From positions 1,860,001 to 1,924,000 of the forward strand of contig CM120645.1 of assembly GCA_051362555.1 (NCBI GenBank): a stretch of 64,000 nucleotides of DNA, given 5' to 3'. Positions 26,990 to 40,144 of the stretch are shown here, one piece after another. Both the position numbers and the translations under genes were made by a program. This DNA is from Lingula anatina. Lineage: Eukaryota > Animalia > Brachiopoda. The notes beneath the pieces were generated by a model. The model saw nothing but the letters and a program-made list of their open reading frames with translations. It did not search any database and had not been told where the DNA came from. How positions within the stretch are numbered: position 1 is the first letter of the stretch; every line of letters begins with the position of its first letter.

Positions 26990-27260
26990 ACACCCATTCC
27001 AAACCACCTAGCTTATTCCACACCCACTGTCCCATCTCAAAATGTCTAGCTTGTCCCATAACCATTGTCCCACCCAAAACACCTTCCTTCCTCCATCTCC
27101 ACTGTCCCAACCAAACCACCTAGCTTGTCCCGCCTGTCCTGCCTGAAACCACCTTTTCCTGCAATCACAGTCCCACCCCTAAAACTACCTTGTCCCATAA
27201 CCCTTTGTCCCATCTGAGACCACTTTGTTCCACCCCAACTGCTCTTCCCTTAAATCCCAC
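26990..27260. repeat. Degenerate C-rich minisatellite (TGTCCCA / AAACCACC motifs)
   Basis: Recurring TGTCCCA, AAACCACCTAGCTT and CTTGTCCCATAACC. Confidence 0.7.
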
Positions 27261-27754
27261 TTTATGAACATTCTTGTCACAAGCATTCTATAATTTCCTT
27301 CCACTTATTTCTCAATCTGACCATACTTGTTCTAAGCTTAAGGCTGCAGCACTCGGCCAAGTCACATTTCCAGAGAAGGCAATGCAGCTGGTGTGCCAGT
27401 TGGGTGTGAGCACACTTAGACTCATGTCGGTTTAGGTCCAACAGTTGCAACCAGAAAACCAAACAGATTTACCTGAAATGTTGTAGTCAGGAGGGCAATG
27501 GGGACACCTCTAGGCAGATCAAGTTAAGGGGTTATCCTATAAATATCTCACAGACTCTCTGATACATATATAGCTGGTAAATCTTTCATATGGTCAGCTT
27601 TATTGAATTTCAGACCCAACTCATACAGATTTAATTATAAGACCATGATACTAATATACTATATATATATTAATAGTTAGTGAAGTTTAACTTACTATTT
27701 AGGGATACAAAAGGGCTTAATGTGAGGTTTTTGATATTCTTCTTGGTGCCTTCC

Positions 27755-27785
<31 letters not shown>

Positions 27786-30700
27786 CACACCCTCTCTCCC
27801 TGGGTTATATAATTAAGCATTTGGTTCTATAAAGCACATCTAACGTTTTGAATCTAGGTTAAATCGGTCAGCTGTGAGTAAAACCACAACAACATCCCTA
27901 TCATGTCTACGAAGACGTCCAGCCTTTTTAGTTCAAGGACCACCTGTTTGATAAGAAAAAAAATCTATTCACAAATGCCATCAACATCTCTTTTAAAGTT
28001 GTCAATGAACACAGTCACACATAAGATTTCTTCTTCTGTTGACAATAATTCAGGAAATTAAAAAGGCCTTTGGTACTGTGAGAAGAATGCCATGAAAATT
28101 ATTTCTATACACCTGTGAGCTTTGATCCTACCCCCATATGCCCTTTGCATGTGTTGTCCTTCTATAGGCATTTCCTGTCACTCCCTCTGCCTTTTCTGCT
28201 CCTATGGGCATTTCCGGAACAGCACAATGAGGTAGTCTGATGACCTTAAGTTTGCTAGGTAATGTGTCCTGTATATTTGAGGAAACTTGTTTTTTTAACT
28301 TGTTTTACAAAAGTCAAAACAGATTCAAGACAGTGAGGTCCATCAGTAGTGATTTTCTTTGACTTAAGTGCTTTTTAAGAGACTGAAGGAGAATTTTTTT
28401 TTTTTTTTTGAAAAATTGAAAGTCTTTATAAATAACTGCTGCTTTTTTGATAAAAAATGATTCCATTTGTATATTTTTCTCTCTGGTAAAATTTATTATT
28501 TATAATAAAGGAATATTCTTATAGTTCTAACAGCAGGATTGACATCAAGAGTAAATTACCAAATTTAAGGGTGTATAACAATCTTCTGTAGGCTAAACAG
28601 TATTTTGGTAGTGAATTTTTGTGCCTTAAATGTTAAAATGTAACAACCAGACCTATAACTGGTAAAATTTTACTGCATTTGTATTGTTTAATTGCACAAA
28701 AGAAACAACAGGGAAAAACACTTTCTATAATATAAGCTATAGTAATGCTGATTACATTCACTGTAGAAAAATATCCACAGCTCAGAAAACCCTAAAGGTG
28801 TCTCATAGTTTTACAATTACCTTGAATTAAAGAAAAACACAAGTAGTAGTGTTGCAGTAAATTGGTTTTCAAGAACTAATATAAACATCCCCACTAAGAG
28901 GGTCTCACGTTCACTTTAATAAGGAATGGGAGGTGAAAAAGTGATGATTATCCATTCTAGATTGTATGTGAAAAGCAGTGGGATGGTAGTCCTATAGCTC
29001 ATTTTCCTAACAGTCAGTTCTGCAGGCAAAGAGAAAACTAACAGTGCACCAAACAACCAAAATTTTCCAGCCCAGTATTAAAATCTCAGTACAAAGCCCA
29101 AAATTATGTAAAATACACAGATTTTACAAAATGTTTTCATTATGATCTTAAACATAAATCTTTCCTAGGATGGATTTTATCTGTATTTAGAAAAAGAGGG
29201 GGAGATGGTTGTACATGTCATGTCACACAATGATACATCACAATCCTGGCTGTTTCTCTGCTCTACTGGTTAACTGATAACCAACTGTTGATAAAAATCA
29301 ATTTATTTTTTGGTCTAACTGAAAAATGACTCAAAAATGTTATTTTTCAACTTTGGAATTTATCATGCGAACATGAATCCATGTTTGTGCATTCTTCAGG
29401 CAAAATCCAATTAATCTTGAATCATTCTCCAAACATAAATCAAACTTAGCAGAAGAGATGCTTAATTCATTGCATGGTTTTATGTAAACCACGTTAATAT
29501 GTGTAGAAAATTGCTAATATTTCAACCACGATAGCAGAAACACATGTTTTGCATGTGTATCTTGTTTTATTCTAGATTTATAACCACAGCTTACTGACAA
29601 CCCACAGACAAATAACATAATTTTACAAGATAAATTTATCTGGGTTTAACTGATATATTGATATACTGTGCATACAGAATGATTATAAAAAAAAATTTGT
29701 TTTTCTTTTTACAGAGCCTAATGACAGTCACTGAATGCTTTTGCTGTTTCACTTAAAAAAACAAACTCTTAACAGTATATACAGTATACATATAAGTAAC
29801 AGAAACCAAAAAACATTCATGCACGAGCTAAAAAAGGAAAAAAAAAAATCCACCCAAGATCACAGATACATAATTTCTGAGTGCTTTGACATGTGCCTGT
29901 GCTATAGTCCAGTACACAAACAATCACGTTCAAATAAAAGCAAATTATTTCCAGGGAAATGATCGCTAGCTAAAATCCCACACTATGTCCCCAGAAAGAC
30001 TCCAATGCAATCAGTGGAATGTTGTTGAAGTGCAAAGAGGATGTGAGCATATGATCATATAGTGGTATTCATGGGAATTAGCACAAAAAGACCAGATCTG
30101 CGGGTTGCCCACACTGTCTGCCATGTTTACTTCTACTGGGTTACAGAGCACATGATTTGTTTAGATTTTCACCCAAACAGTAGGCAACAATCTTGTGGAA
30201 CAAGTAAAGAATGTCCCCTCTATAACCCCATTGCATTCAGATTAAGCTGCTTAATAATAGATGTAATTTCGTAAGAAACCCCTCGGAGATAGGTCGATCC
30301 TGCTAGATCAATCTAGGTATGGGAATGGGAAATAACAAAATGATCTTATAGGTCCTCCCTAGACAGACAAACAGTAGACATATGCATGGAGCGTTTGAGG
30401 TAAAAATGCCAAAATTAATAGCACATGTTGTATCATGCTGTGCAGGAATGACTTGAATACAATCAGGTCTGTTAACGTCATTCAGGTAACTCTAAAGTTG
30501 GTAAATTAGGACTGGAGTGAACGCATCTTCACACTTCACTAGACAGGTGGAAATAAAATGCCCTTCACTTTCATCATCTGATTCATTCACACTGGCTGTA
30601 TCAAATCAAGTGTCATGAAGACTTGAAGACTTGAAGGTCCTTATTACATGGTGCCTTACACTTGTCTACTTATCACAACTTTTATTGGACCAAACAATTA

Positions 30701-30897
30701 ATTAAGCTGAACGGGAGGGGGGGGGGGGTATTCCCTTCAACAAACTCCACCATGCCATAAAAATTAATCTATGGTCTTTGTTTAGTCAGGCTATTATATG
30801 TAATTCATGACAACCTCTACAACTGATGCCATACAGAATACTATACTGCTAAATGTGAAACGAAACTTTTATACTGGTAGTTATCTTGGTATCAATA

Positions 30898-30999
30898 TAG
30901 GTGTGTTTCTACTTAAGTTGGGTAAGTTTAACTTGGTACCTGTATCGGTAGGTGTGTTTCTACTCAAGTTGGGTAAGGTTAATTGGTATGACCTGTATC
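30898..30999. repeat. Tandem duplication, ~50-bp unit x2
   Basis: TAGGTGTGTTTCTACTYAAGTTGGGTAAG.TTAA occurs twice in tandem. Confidence 0.9.
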
Positions 31000-33174
31000 T
31001 AAAGACATGCAATTTCTAATATCCACCAGGCTATTGAGATGAAGCCCATCAATTTAAGCCAATCCATCCAGAATGGAAACGCGGCACATCAGACTTAACC
31101 ATTCTTTAACCTTGACTGTATTGGTTTTCCAATATATCTCTAAAAAGGGCATGAAAATGTCAAAATAATATCCTGTCATCTTGTCAATATAATCCCCTCC
31201 TTTTCCAATTCTGTATAAACATCATAATTAGCTGCTAACAAATCATTAGGGTACAGAAATGGATCCTCTAAATGTACAATGTCAAAATCCATGTTCAGGC
31301 CTTTCTTTATTAAAATTAGAGCCAGGCGGCATGGTTAATCAAATGTATAAATATGTAACTGAGGTACAGCTCATCAAAATCCATGCTACCCGATCTTTCA
31401 CCACCAACCATGCCCATCTTATGGATATACAAAGCCAGTTCTATCATGGCAGTAAGCGAGTTCACCTATCCCTGACCAGTCCCTCTGACTCTAGAAGGCG
31501 CCAGAGTCCAGCCCCTTTGACTGTCTTGGTGACTTCTGACAAACGAGATAATGATACTAGGGCACGAGCATGATAAATTTTAACTGCTTAATATTTTCCT
31601 ATAGTAAAGAGCTTTCCATATGCACGGTAGCTAGTTTAAACTAGTTTCTTTTTTTCTTGTTTTGATATCCTAATAACTTACAATGGCTCTGAAGCAACTA
31701 ACAGAAATACAACTGATAAGAACAGGTTACAAAAAGTTTATGGTATTAAAATGACTGCGTGACCACATGCTGTGGGCCCATGTGATGTAATACAATCAAC
31801 AGGTTGTCCTTTCTGCAAACACATTCAAATTACCAGTAGCTTTAAAACATAACGGGAAATTATTCCATAAAAATTCCCCAAGTAAAACTTCCCGCGTTCC
31901 TTATGCACTGCAGAAGACCACTTTGTCATTAAATGAATTACTCTTCCCCTTAATGAAAAAAGGAAATCAATACAAAAAAAACATGAAAAAGTGAGTCAAT
32001 TATCAGGTTATCAAATAAAGATCAAATGGCTAAAAGATACGAGAAAAATATATCTTGTATCATCTGTGTCTCTATTCATAAAACATCGCATCTGACTGAA
32101 ATCTTATTAGTTAAGTGAATCTTGGCCTTAACTATCCATTAATGTCTGGCTTAATTACTGTCATGGTCACCCTTCCCACTTGAACGTCCATAGAGTGTTC
32201 TATTTCATCTGTGTGTTGAAGATAAAATGATGCCAAGAGACCAGAAAGGTTTCTAATTAATACAGATATTTTTGATAACAGCTTTCTGTCAAAACCCATC
32301 CAAACGAACAACGTACCACCTCTTTAAAGAGTGTCAACCCTTCTACTTCAATTGACCCAAACATGTTCACAATATATTTTTATGAAATAATCTACTGTAA
32401 CATTTATGTAGAGAAGCAATCATTGGCCACCTGCTTTGTCACTACAAGCTAAATCTAATAAAATTGTCTAAAAAAAAAAAGACAAAAAATGGACAATACT
32501 TCCAAATCCTGCCATTAGATTATGGACTTATATGCCTGAAACCACCAGACATCTGAACATTAACCATTTAACATGCAACAAAACTACCAAGAGGCAATAA
32601 ACGAAATTTAATTCAGTTTCTTTTGTCAATAGCTTAAAAAATTAACTGACAAATCTTTCTAAAAGTCAGAAGTCTTAAAAACTATAATCATGTCCTCAAC
32701 AATGAAAAAAAAACAACTAAATATCAAAAACACAATTGCCTATGCGGCACTGCTGCTTGAAATAATTTCTATTCAACTCAGACATGGCACTTGATGTGTC
32801 TGCGGCACCATTAAATGTCAGTTAATCATTATATAACAAAATCATGCTTTATTTAAGGTCACTGTAATCATGCTGATCAATTCATTGGCATCCAACACCT
32901 GCTATCCCTGCCATCATTATGTGCTATAAATTGGGGCTGATGTGATAGAAAAACTTCATGACCAAAATATTTAGTCTACTGTGACTCAAAACTCAGGTTT
33001 AACGTAGCCATTTCAATGGAATGCCCCACTTGTTTTTTTTTTCTTTTTTAAAAATGAAATTTATAAATATATCATACACGGATATACTTACTCTTGGATA
33101 TTTAAGAATGTAATGAAAAAATTGAAAAAGAAATACCCCATACCCATCTGAATTCTTAGATTGGACCTTTTTTT

Positions 33175-33390
33175 ACTTCTGTCAAGGAGGTTAGGTTTCT
33201 GCCTTTCTTAGGTAGTTGACAGCATATACATGGATTTTGATAAGACTTTTAGGATAGGTAACAAACAGATGAACCTAGATACTAGAGTTGATTGGATTTT
33301 GTTGGTGATCTATTAATTAATCAATTAATTAATTATTAATGAGCACCAAGTTACCTTGGCAGAAGCGTGTGTTCTCTGGTGGTTTTCTAG
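33175..33390 (+). mobile_element. Short non-autonomous Helentron (HINE)-like element
   Basis: Subterminal inverted repeats CTTCTGTCAAGG (33176) / CCTTGGCAGAAG (33354), T-run at the 5' flank, ends TTTTCTAG. Confidence 0.65.
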
Positions 33391-33549
33391 AGGGGTCTAT
33401 TATTATATAAGGTGTGTCTTGAAACATTAATGAAGCCATGGTAACAATGACCTAACACTGTATTCCCTGCTTCCAAAACTCTCATTACCCCCAAAAAAAC
33501 AACAGCATTGTCAATAAACGACATCTGAAAAGTAAAACTTAGCTATGCA

Positions 33550-33690
33550 CAGACATGGGCCTTGGACTAAAAAAAACCTTTGAACATTTATCATGGGACC
33601 TAACACCTAACCTTGATGAATCTCAGGAACCATCAGAACTGAAATAAAAAACTTGGAATTCCGCTTTTCCATGGAAAAAGCTCATGTCTG
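33550..33690. mobile_element. MITE family B, copy 2, 6-bp TSD TATGCA
   Basis: TATGCA|CAGACATGGGC ... GCTCATGTCTG|TATGCA. Confidence 0.9.
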
Positions 33691-34482
33691 TATGCATGAC
33701 ATTACACACATCCAAGTAGAAAAAAAATTCAAACCAGCACTACTAGAGTTACACCTCCAACAAATATTTCTTTTGTCACAGCTTATCTTTTCATCATTAA
33801 TTTCCTAGAAACATGAAATCAAAAAGCACTCCCATTACGTTAAAGTAGCTAACCCAACACCACAGACAACACTTGAGAGAATGTGTTCCTCAGAACGTTT
33901 TTCCCAGAATGACAAAAGATGAGAGCTGTAATGGGATAACAAACACCTGTGTTTCCTGTATTGCTAGAATAATTACATTTTGTCAATGTCAGGACACCAT
34001 AGAATGTGGCCCATTATACCACATACGCTAACTCCTATTTGGAAATTATTTGCGTTTCCTACGTGAACTTAAAAACTGCTTATTAGTTACAAATGGAATA
34101 GAAATGGCTTCACAACTGAAATTCATTGTTGAACGTAACATTTATCTTAATAAATATACAAAGAATGTCCAAATCACTCTCGAAATGGCTTCCCATTAGG
34201 TAATTTGAGCATATCAACATACAAGGTTTGACAACATCGCAGTTAAAAAAGCTTCAATCTATTCTTAAACATGTCATCAACAGCAAATTAGCCCATGAAA
34301 ACAATGGAAATTAATAACAAAACACCCAGTGGAGAGTTAGCAAAATATCATAGATATGTACTTTAATACCATACTATATTGTAGCATCAGTATGATTTAA
34401 ATAATGGCATTTTTCTACCACATAAAAATAATTGACAATAATGCAGTTGATCATGCCCAGTTTGGCATTTTCACTCAAGATG

Positions 34483-34485
<3 letters not shown>

Positions 34486-34513
<28 letters not shown>

Positions 34514-34531
34514 GAATAAATAAATAAATAA
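34486..34531. repeat. (AAAT)n microsatellite
   Basis: Seen directly in sequence. Confidence 0.95.
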
Positions 34532-37356
34532 AACTGATTGAAACAAAACATACTGACAGCAGGCAGGAAGAGAAGACATGCTCTCAGCAATAAGTACAAT
34601 CAGATTTTTAGGTCGTGCTGGCAACCGAGTTTCTGCCTTTCTGTTTTTTTATGCTTTAAATTGAGTGTGACATGCAGTGTACCATACATAGAACCCCCTC
34701 CCCCCTCCCAAGAGGGCACATTGTAGTTTCAGATGCTTTTTGAGATATAATCTGTCCTTAATGAAGCCGATTCTAAGAATGCCGCCATCCGTCAGTTTCC
34801 ATTATGTATATTCCTTCATGTCTAATACTGTCACTTATTATGTTATCTTATTAAAGGACAAATCTGAGTATAATAAAGTTAAGCACTTGGCAAATTGAGA
34901 ATGATAGATACACTGCTTTCTGTGTCCTAGAAGACAAAACTTGATCTAAATTTAGGTGAAATATTAGTCTTATCTTAAGAGAAGGTGTGGGGAGAGGGGG
35001 GAGGCTTAACTGCTTAAGCTTATTGAAGATGATGCCCCATGACAAGAGGTTTGTCACTGGGGCTCAAGATGACGTGGTGCTTTCTTAATTATTTTGTAAA
35101 CCTGAGAGCTAAAATCACACTCATATTTAGTTTAAGTTAGACTGGAAGTAGAAAACTACAACCATGTTCACATGGAGTGGTACGCTTTAGAGATATAGTC
35201 CGTACCAGTAAATTGTGAAAGACTGACAACTCGATAGCCTCAAATAAAAGTTGAATCAACTTTTTTTTTTTCTTTTTTGAACTCCAGCAAATAGAAAATG
35301 ATGATATAGTGCTCTTTGGTAAAAACTGCTCTTAGACTTGCAATACTGTTCTAATCACCCCACTACACTGTCCACACTGCCTTATAGCACTATTCTTGGT
35401 TCCTGATGATTTCATTCATTCAGTGTTGCAATGCATTCAACCAGCAGGTGCCTTTGATTCAGCGGTTCTATTACCTTTAATTGTACCATCATTTCCTAAC
35501 AGCTGACAAATCAACAGACTCTAATGATTTTCAGATAAGAAATACCCTAGATAAACAGCTTATTGCTCTAAGACAGCTTTTTGTATTAATATATAATTCA
35601 ATCTTTTCTCTTCCACTCGGCAAATGGAGGCCATGTGCATATTAGGAAGTAAATCAGCCTTCAAACGTACTCTGTTTGTAGTACATTAAGAGAAAAATAC
35701 AAAATCACTAGAAAACTATTAGAACGCATGTTAGCTTTTATCCAATAAATCCACCCCAGGAGTATTATGGTGGCCTCTTGCATTCCTCTTCTGCCACAGC
35801 ACGCTATTAAGTCATGCTTGTTTTAAATATCATGCAAGCTTTCGGTCAAAATTCCTATTTTGCTGCACTGGCTGGTTTGACCAGCCACCACATTGGCTTG
35901 ACCAACACCTGTTAATGCTTGACCAGGTGCCCTAGACTGAACACCTGGTTTTATAAGGTTTTTCTTCTTTTAGGTTTGGTTAATATTTTGTTTTACCCCA
36001 AAAAAAACCTTTATACTCACTGGGGTGTTAGCACACATTAGTCAGGTTAAGGGTAACATACGTATTTTGGAGAAAACATTGTTAAAAATCTGTCAAAAAA
36101 TTCTTTTCCAATGCACTCCCAGCTGTGTCTTTTCAACAAACAATTGTTGTTAGTATACGGGTTCAGAGTAGGACCCTGGGGTCTCAGGTTAAACTGATGC
36201 TAAATTAAATCAACGGTAGCCATGAGATAACAAATCATCCAAGGGAGATGTGAATAGCTTCAGCATGAAACCGACATGAAATATACATGATCAATGAAAT
36301 CTACATGTCGGCTTTAACCAAACTTAGAACAACACCCACTGCGAGCATGGAGTGGAATCAACGCATCAATTGAAAAAGGTAGAATGTTTTTTTTAATAAG
36401 CAATTCTCAAGCAGTATCATAATGTGATACTTGGCAATGAATCAATATGTTTGTTAACGAAAACAAATTAAAGAATTGTGCAGTTGTAGTACTGTGAAAA
36501 CTGCATGAAATCCACAAGCAGAAAATATAATATTCTAAATCAAAAATGCAGCTTTTCAATAATCAGTTACAATCTGCTTTCATAAAATCTTGATGACTGA
36601 ATAATTAAAAATCTATGCCACTTAGTGAGAAGTATGCATAATTCACCTAATGGTATCATGGATCTACCTCAGTGGGAAAAAATGACTACCTGCATGCTAC
36701 ATGGCTGAAGCATCCATACTGAATTGTTGGTTTCTTGTTCTGAATTATTTGAAATTAACTTTGCAAGTTTGCAAATTATATAAAAACTAAGAGGATAAGT
36801 TGTTTTGTATACTCATACTACTCATACTGACAAGGATCACCGTCTTTTATCCTAAATCTTCTACTACTATTGTAAAACAGAACAAACTTCTTTAAATCAT
36901 GTTATACTGATCATATTCTACTGAGCCAAGATATTTTCAAGATTGTTTCACATAACTTCTAAAACCTGCAGAACTTTTACAGTGACTGCTATCCCGAGAC
37001 ATCTTAATCATTTCTTTGAGCAAAAACCTTGAAATCCTTAAGATGCCACTCTTGAAGAATAATCTTAATTAAATCTGAGAAGATATTTCTGCTGCTGACT
37101 GAAAAGTCAGAAAGATAAAATTGCTAGTTCAATCCAACACATTTGTCATAATTCTGTTCCCTTTTCGATGGCTATTATCAATAGCCTAAATTCCATTCTT
37201 AATTGCTCTCTCAAAATAACCATCAATGTTTTGCAACTTTCAGTGACTGTCACAACATATGGGGTTCTGTTTTGTTACCTAGTCTCAGAATACTAGCCAA
37301 AAACAAGGACAACATAATACCTGAAATCTGTAATATTTTATATCCTGAAAGTCAAA

Positions 37357-37613
37357 GACCCCATTCCCACAGATGCCACTGATCTACGGGGATTGACCCA
37401 ACTCTGCGGGGACTCTCGCTGAGTGCAGTCAGCTTATCTGAATGACAGGCCTTCTTTTGTTTCCGACATACTCATATAATCATCAGTTTTTATGTATTCT
37501 ACTTTACATAGGGAGAAGGCGTGTTAATCTGCTAAACTGACTATATTCAGTGAAAGTCCCCTAAGGAGTTAGGTTGATCCACCTGGACTATTGGCATCTA
37601 TGGGAATGGAGCC
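37357..37613. mobile_element. Palindromic MITE with ~95-bp degenerate arms
   Basis: CCCCATTCCCACAGATGCCA...GGGGACT...GCCTTCT pairs with AGAAGGC...AGTCCCC...TGGCATCTATGGGAATGGAG, with AAA on both flanks. A related right-end fragment lies at ~30278-30330. Confidence 0.8.
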
Positions 37614-38465
37614 AAAAACACCTACCTAAAGAAACATTCAAACACAACTGATGGTTCAACTCCCTAACTCACGCTAGGTTTAGATTAAGTTTTCATGTTA
37701 TTCAACGCTTAATTTTTTACATTATATCTCCCTTTTAATAATGTATCAGTCCTCTTGATTCCACAAGCAGCATGGGTATAATGTAAGAGCATTAGGGAAA
37801 TACCTTCAGGTCCAGAGACGGGAGTGATGATGCAAAGGAAGCCCCTGTAGCTTTATTACACAGCTGTAGTATATAAATATAGAGAAATCATTGCCCCCCA
37901 GTACTTATTCCCAATTGCCCAGCTGCGATCTTGACAACACTGCGAGGGAACATAGAATTTTCTAGCGGCCACGTGGGAGGAAAAAAACTGCATCCTGAAT
38001 ATAAGGTAAATGCACTGTTGCTGATTTTTTTTTTAATGAAAAAGCTTTTTGTAAGCTGGCAAGAATATAAAATCTTACAGTCATAAGTAAGAGAAAAGTA
38101 TATCTTCTTTGTAAAGGATAGGTGAATGCAGCAATTCTGCTTTTGTGACTTGAAAGGCCCACATAAATCAAGAGGAACCTCTCAATATTCTTCCCTTCCA
38201 GCAGGACAAAAAATACCATTAAAACACCTTAATTTGCTGAATTTTTTTAGTGAAAAAGTTAACATATATTTCCGTTAAACTGCTAACCTTTTCATGGGGA
38301 TAGAAAAATTAATGAAAGGTGAATATTGACTTGTTTGTTGACTTTCTTTAAGATATCGGATATCTTTGTGGAATTTTCAAAAGAGAGAGAAAAAAAGAAC
38401 TGATACTTTATGTCAGAAAATGGTCATGTGTCCGACCATCACAAACCAAGTTCAGTTATGACCAC

Positions 38466-38716
38466 TGACAGATAACTCTAATCAAATAAGTCTGACTAAA
38501 CAGGGCGATTGAGGCCATCTTTTAGGTCTTCCAGAAGATGGTCAGATTTTCAAGTTTATATGATGGGTAAGTAATTTTTTCTGTCGGAAGACGTCACAAA
38601 TGGAGGATGGATCAGCAAAGATAATTTGGAAGACTGTCAGAAAATATCTCTGGATCTGCCCCAGCTAAAGAAGATGACAGATAACTCTAATTAATTAAGT
38701 CTGGCTAAAGAAGATG
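38466..38716. repeat. ~40-bp tandem duplication whose first copy is split by MITE C
   Basis: TGACAGATAACTCTAAT.AA.TAAGTCTG.CTAAA(GAAGATG) at 38466 and 38675. Confidence 0.85.
38501..38664. mobile_element. MITE family C, copy 1
   Basis: Homologous over its length to 41590-41757 (GGTCTTCC.GAAGA.GGTCAGATTTT ... TTTTTTCTGTCGGAAGAC ... CAGAAAATATCTCTGGAT). Ends CAGGGCGAT / ATCTGCCCCAG. Confidence 0.85.
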
Positions 38717-39175
38717 AAAAAACCATTTACAACTGCTTATGTCTTTCTTGTTATGGTTACAGGCCACAGGATAGAAAAAGCTATGGCTATATTCAACATT
38801 TTCTATGGATAATTTAATTTTATATAATAATATTATCTTCTGACAGCATGTAAGATAATTCAAATTGTTGAAGTGCAAACTGTTTATTCCAGCTTGGAAA
38901 TAGCTTAAATGTAACTCATAAAAAAGACACTTAGCTTAGCACTATACAGCAGCTATCTTCCTTAAAACAAATCAACACACCAGAAAAAAACTTTGTTACT
39001 CATCGGAGCATTCTCAAATATGCATATATATAAGAAAAAAACATCAGAAACTTGCATTTTTGGAATAATCAATATGAATTCTTTCTTTAAGAATAATTTC
39101 TGTAATTACTTTTTGTTGTTTTTCTTTCATAAGTACTTGTCAATACTACCAAGGCCGCCATTCTCACTTGAGTAA

Positions 39176-39368
39176 GAGCCTGTTCACAACCAAGTTGATA
39201 GTGGACTAACTGATCCGTGGATCAAATATGGCCAACCCACTCGAAAGCTTTCTGCATAATCCCCTAATGGATTTCCCATGGCGATTACGCAACAAGCTTT
39301 CAAAGCGTCAGCCATATTTTACCCATGGATCATTCAGTCCATGGAGAAACTTGGCTCTGAACAGGCCC
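39176..39368. mobile_element. MITE family A, copy 3
   Basis: TAA|GAGCCTGTTCA...GGATCAAATATGGC ... GCCATATTTTACCCATGGATC...TGAACAGGCCC|TTA. Confidence 0.85.
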
Positions 39369-40097
39369 TTAGAAGGAATTGAAAAACAGAAATGCTGGGG
39401 CATATGAAGATGAGGCATCTGAGGTAAAATATTCTGTACATGTAATACAGCAAGGTTCAATAGTAACTGAGTAACCATGCAGAAAAAATGGGGGATGAAG
39501 TAAAAGAGCTCTTTCTGTCCTGCCATTATTGTATGTATCATGTTTTTCACGCTGCTTTGCAGTCTAAATTTATTTAGCTGACAACTAAAAACAAAATCAG
39601 AACGACTTGTTTGTTTTATCTTAGGTTTCATATTTTCACAGGAACAAGGCAAACAGACAACTGAGAACTTAACTTCTTATTGTATCCCTCTCTATCTGGT
39701 TTTATTTTACAAAGCCAACAATAGAAAAGAAATCAACCCTGGTAATTTAAGCTGTCTCAAGGTGCAAATCAGTTCTAGGTTTTGAAGTTTTTCCAGGAAT
39801 CATGAGTGTTATTGGATGCGTATCATGTTAAAAATAATTAAGTGCTCTAGATTTAAGCATGCTGGTGTTTCAAATTTCTAGCTAAGATTTTAATGAATCA
39901 ATAGAAGACACAACATATTAGTTTTTAAAGTTAAAAATAAAACCGACAATATAAGCTACAGTTTCAAGGCTGAAACCAGTGTACAGAACTTACATCTCCT
40001 CAGACATCAAGATTTCTTTTTCAAAATAACAAAACAATGATGAGCTAACTATGAAAAAATGTAATAGAGAAAAAAAGATCGATATAATGCCTCCCAC

Positions 40098-40100
<3 letters not shown>

Positions 40101-40141
<41 letters not shown>
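40101..40141. repeat. (AG)n microsatellite
   Basis: Seen directly in sequence. Shorter AG/CT tracts also at ~22627, ~27755 and ~45914. Confidence 0.98.

Positions 40142-40144
<3 letters not shown>

Noticed and set aside
36268-36314. Small hairpin CCGACATG...CATGTCGG
   Set aside because: The stem is too short for a pre-miRNA and no second copy was seen.
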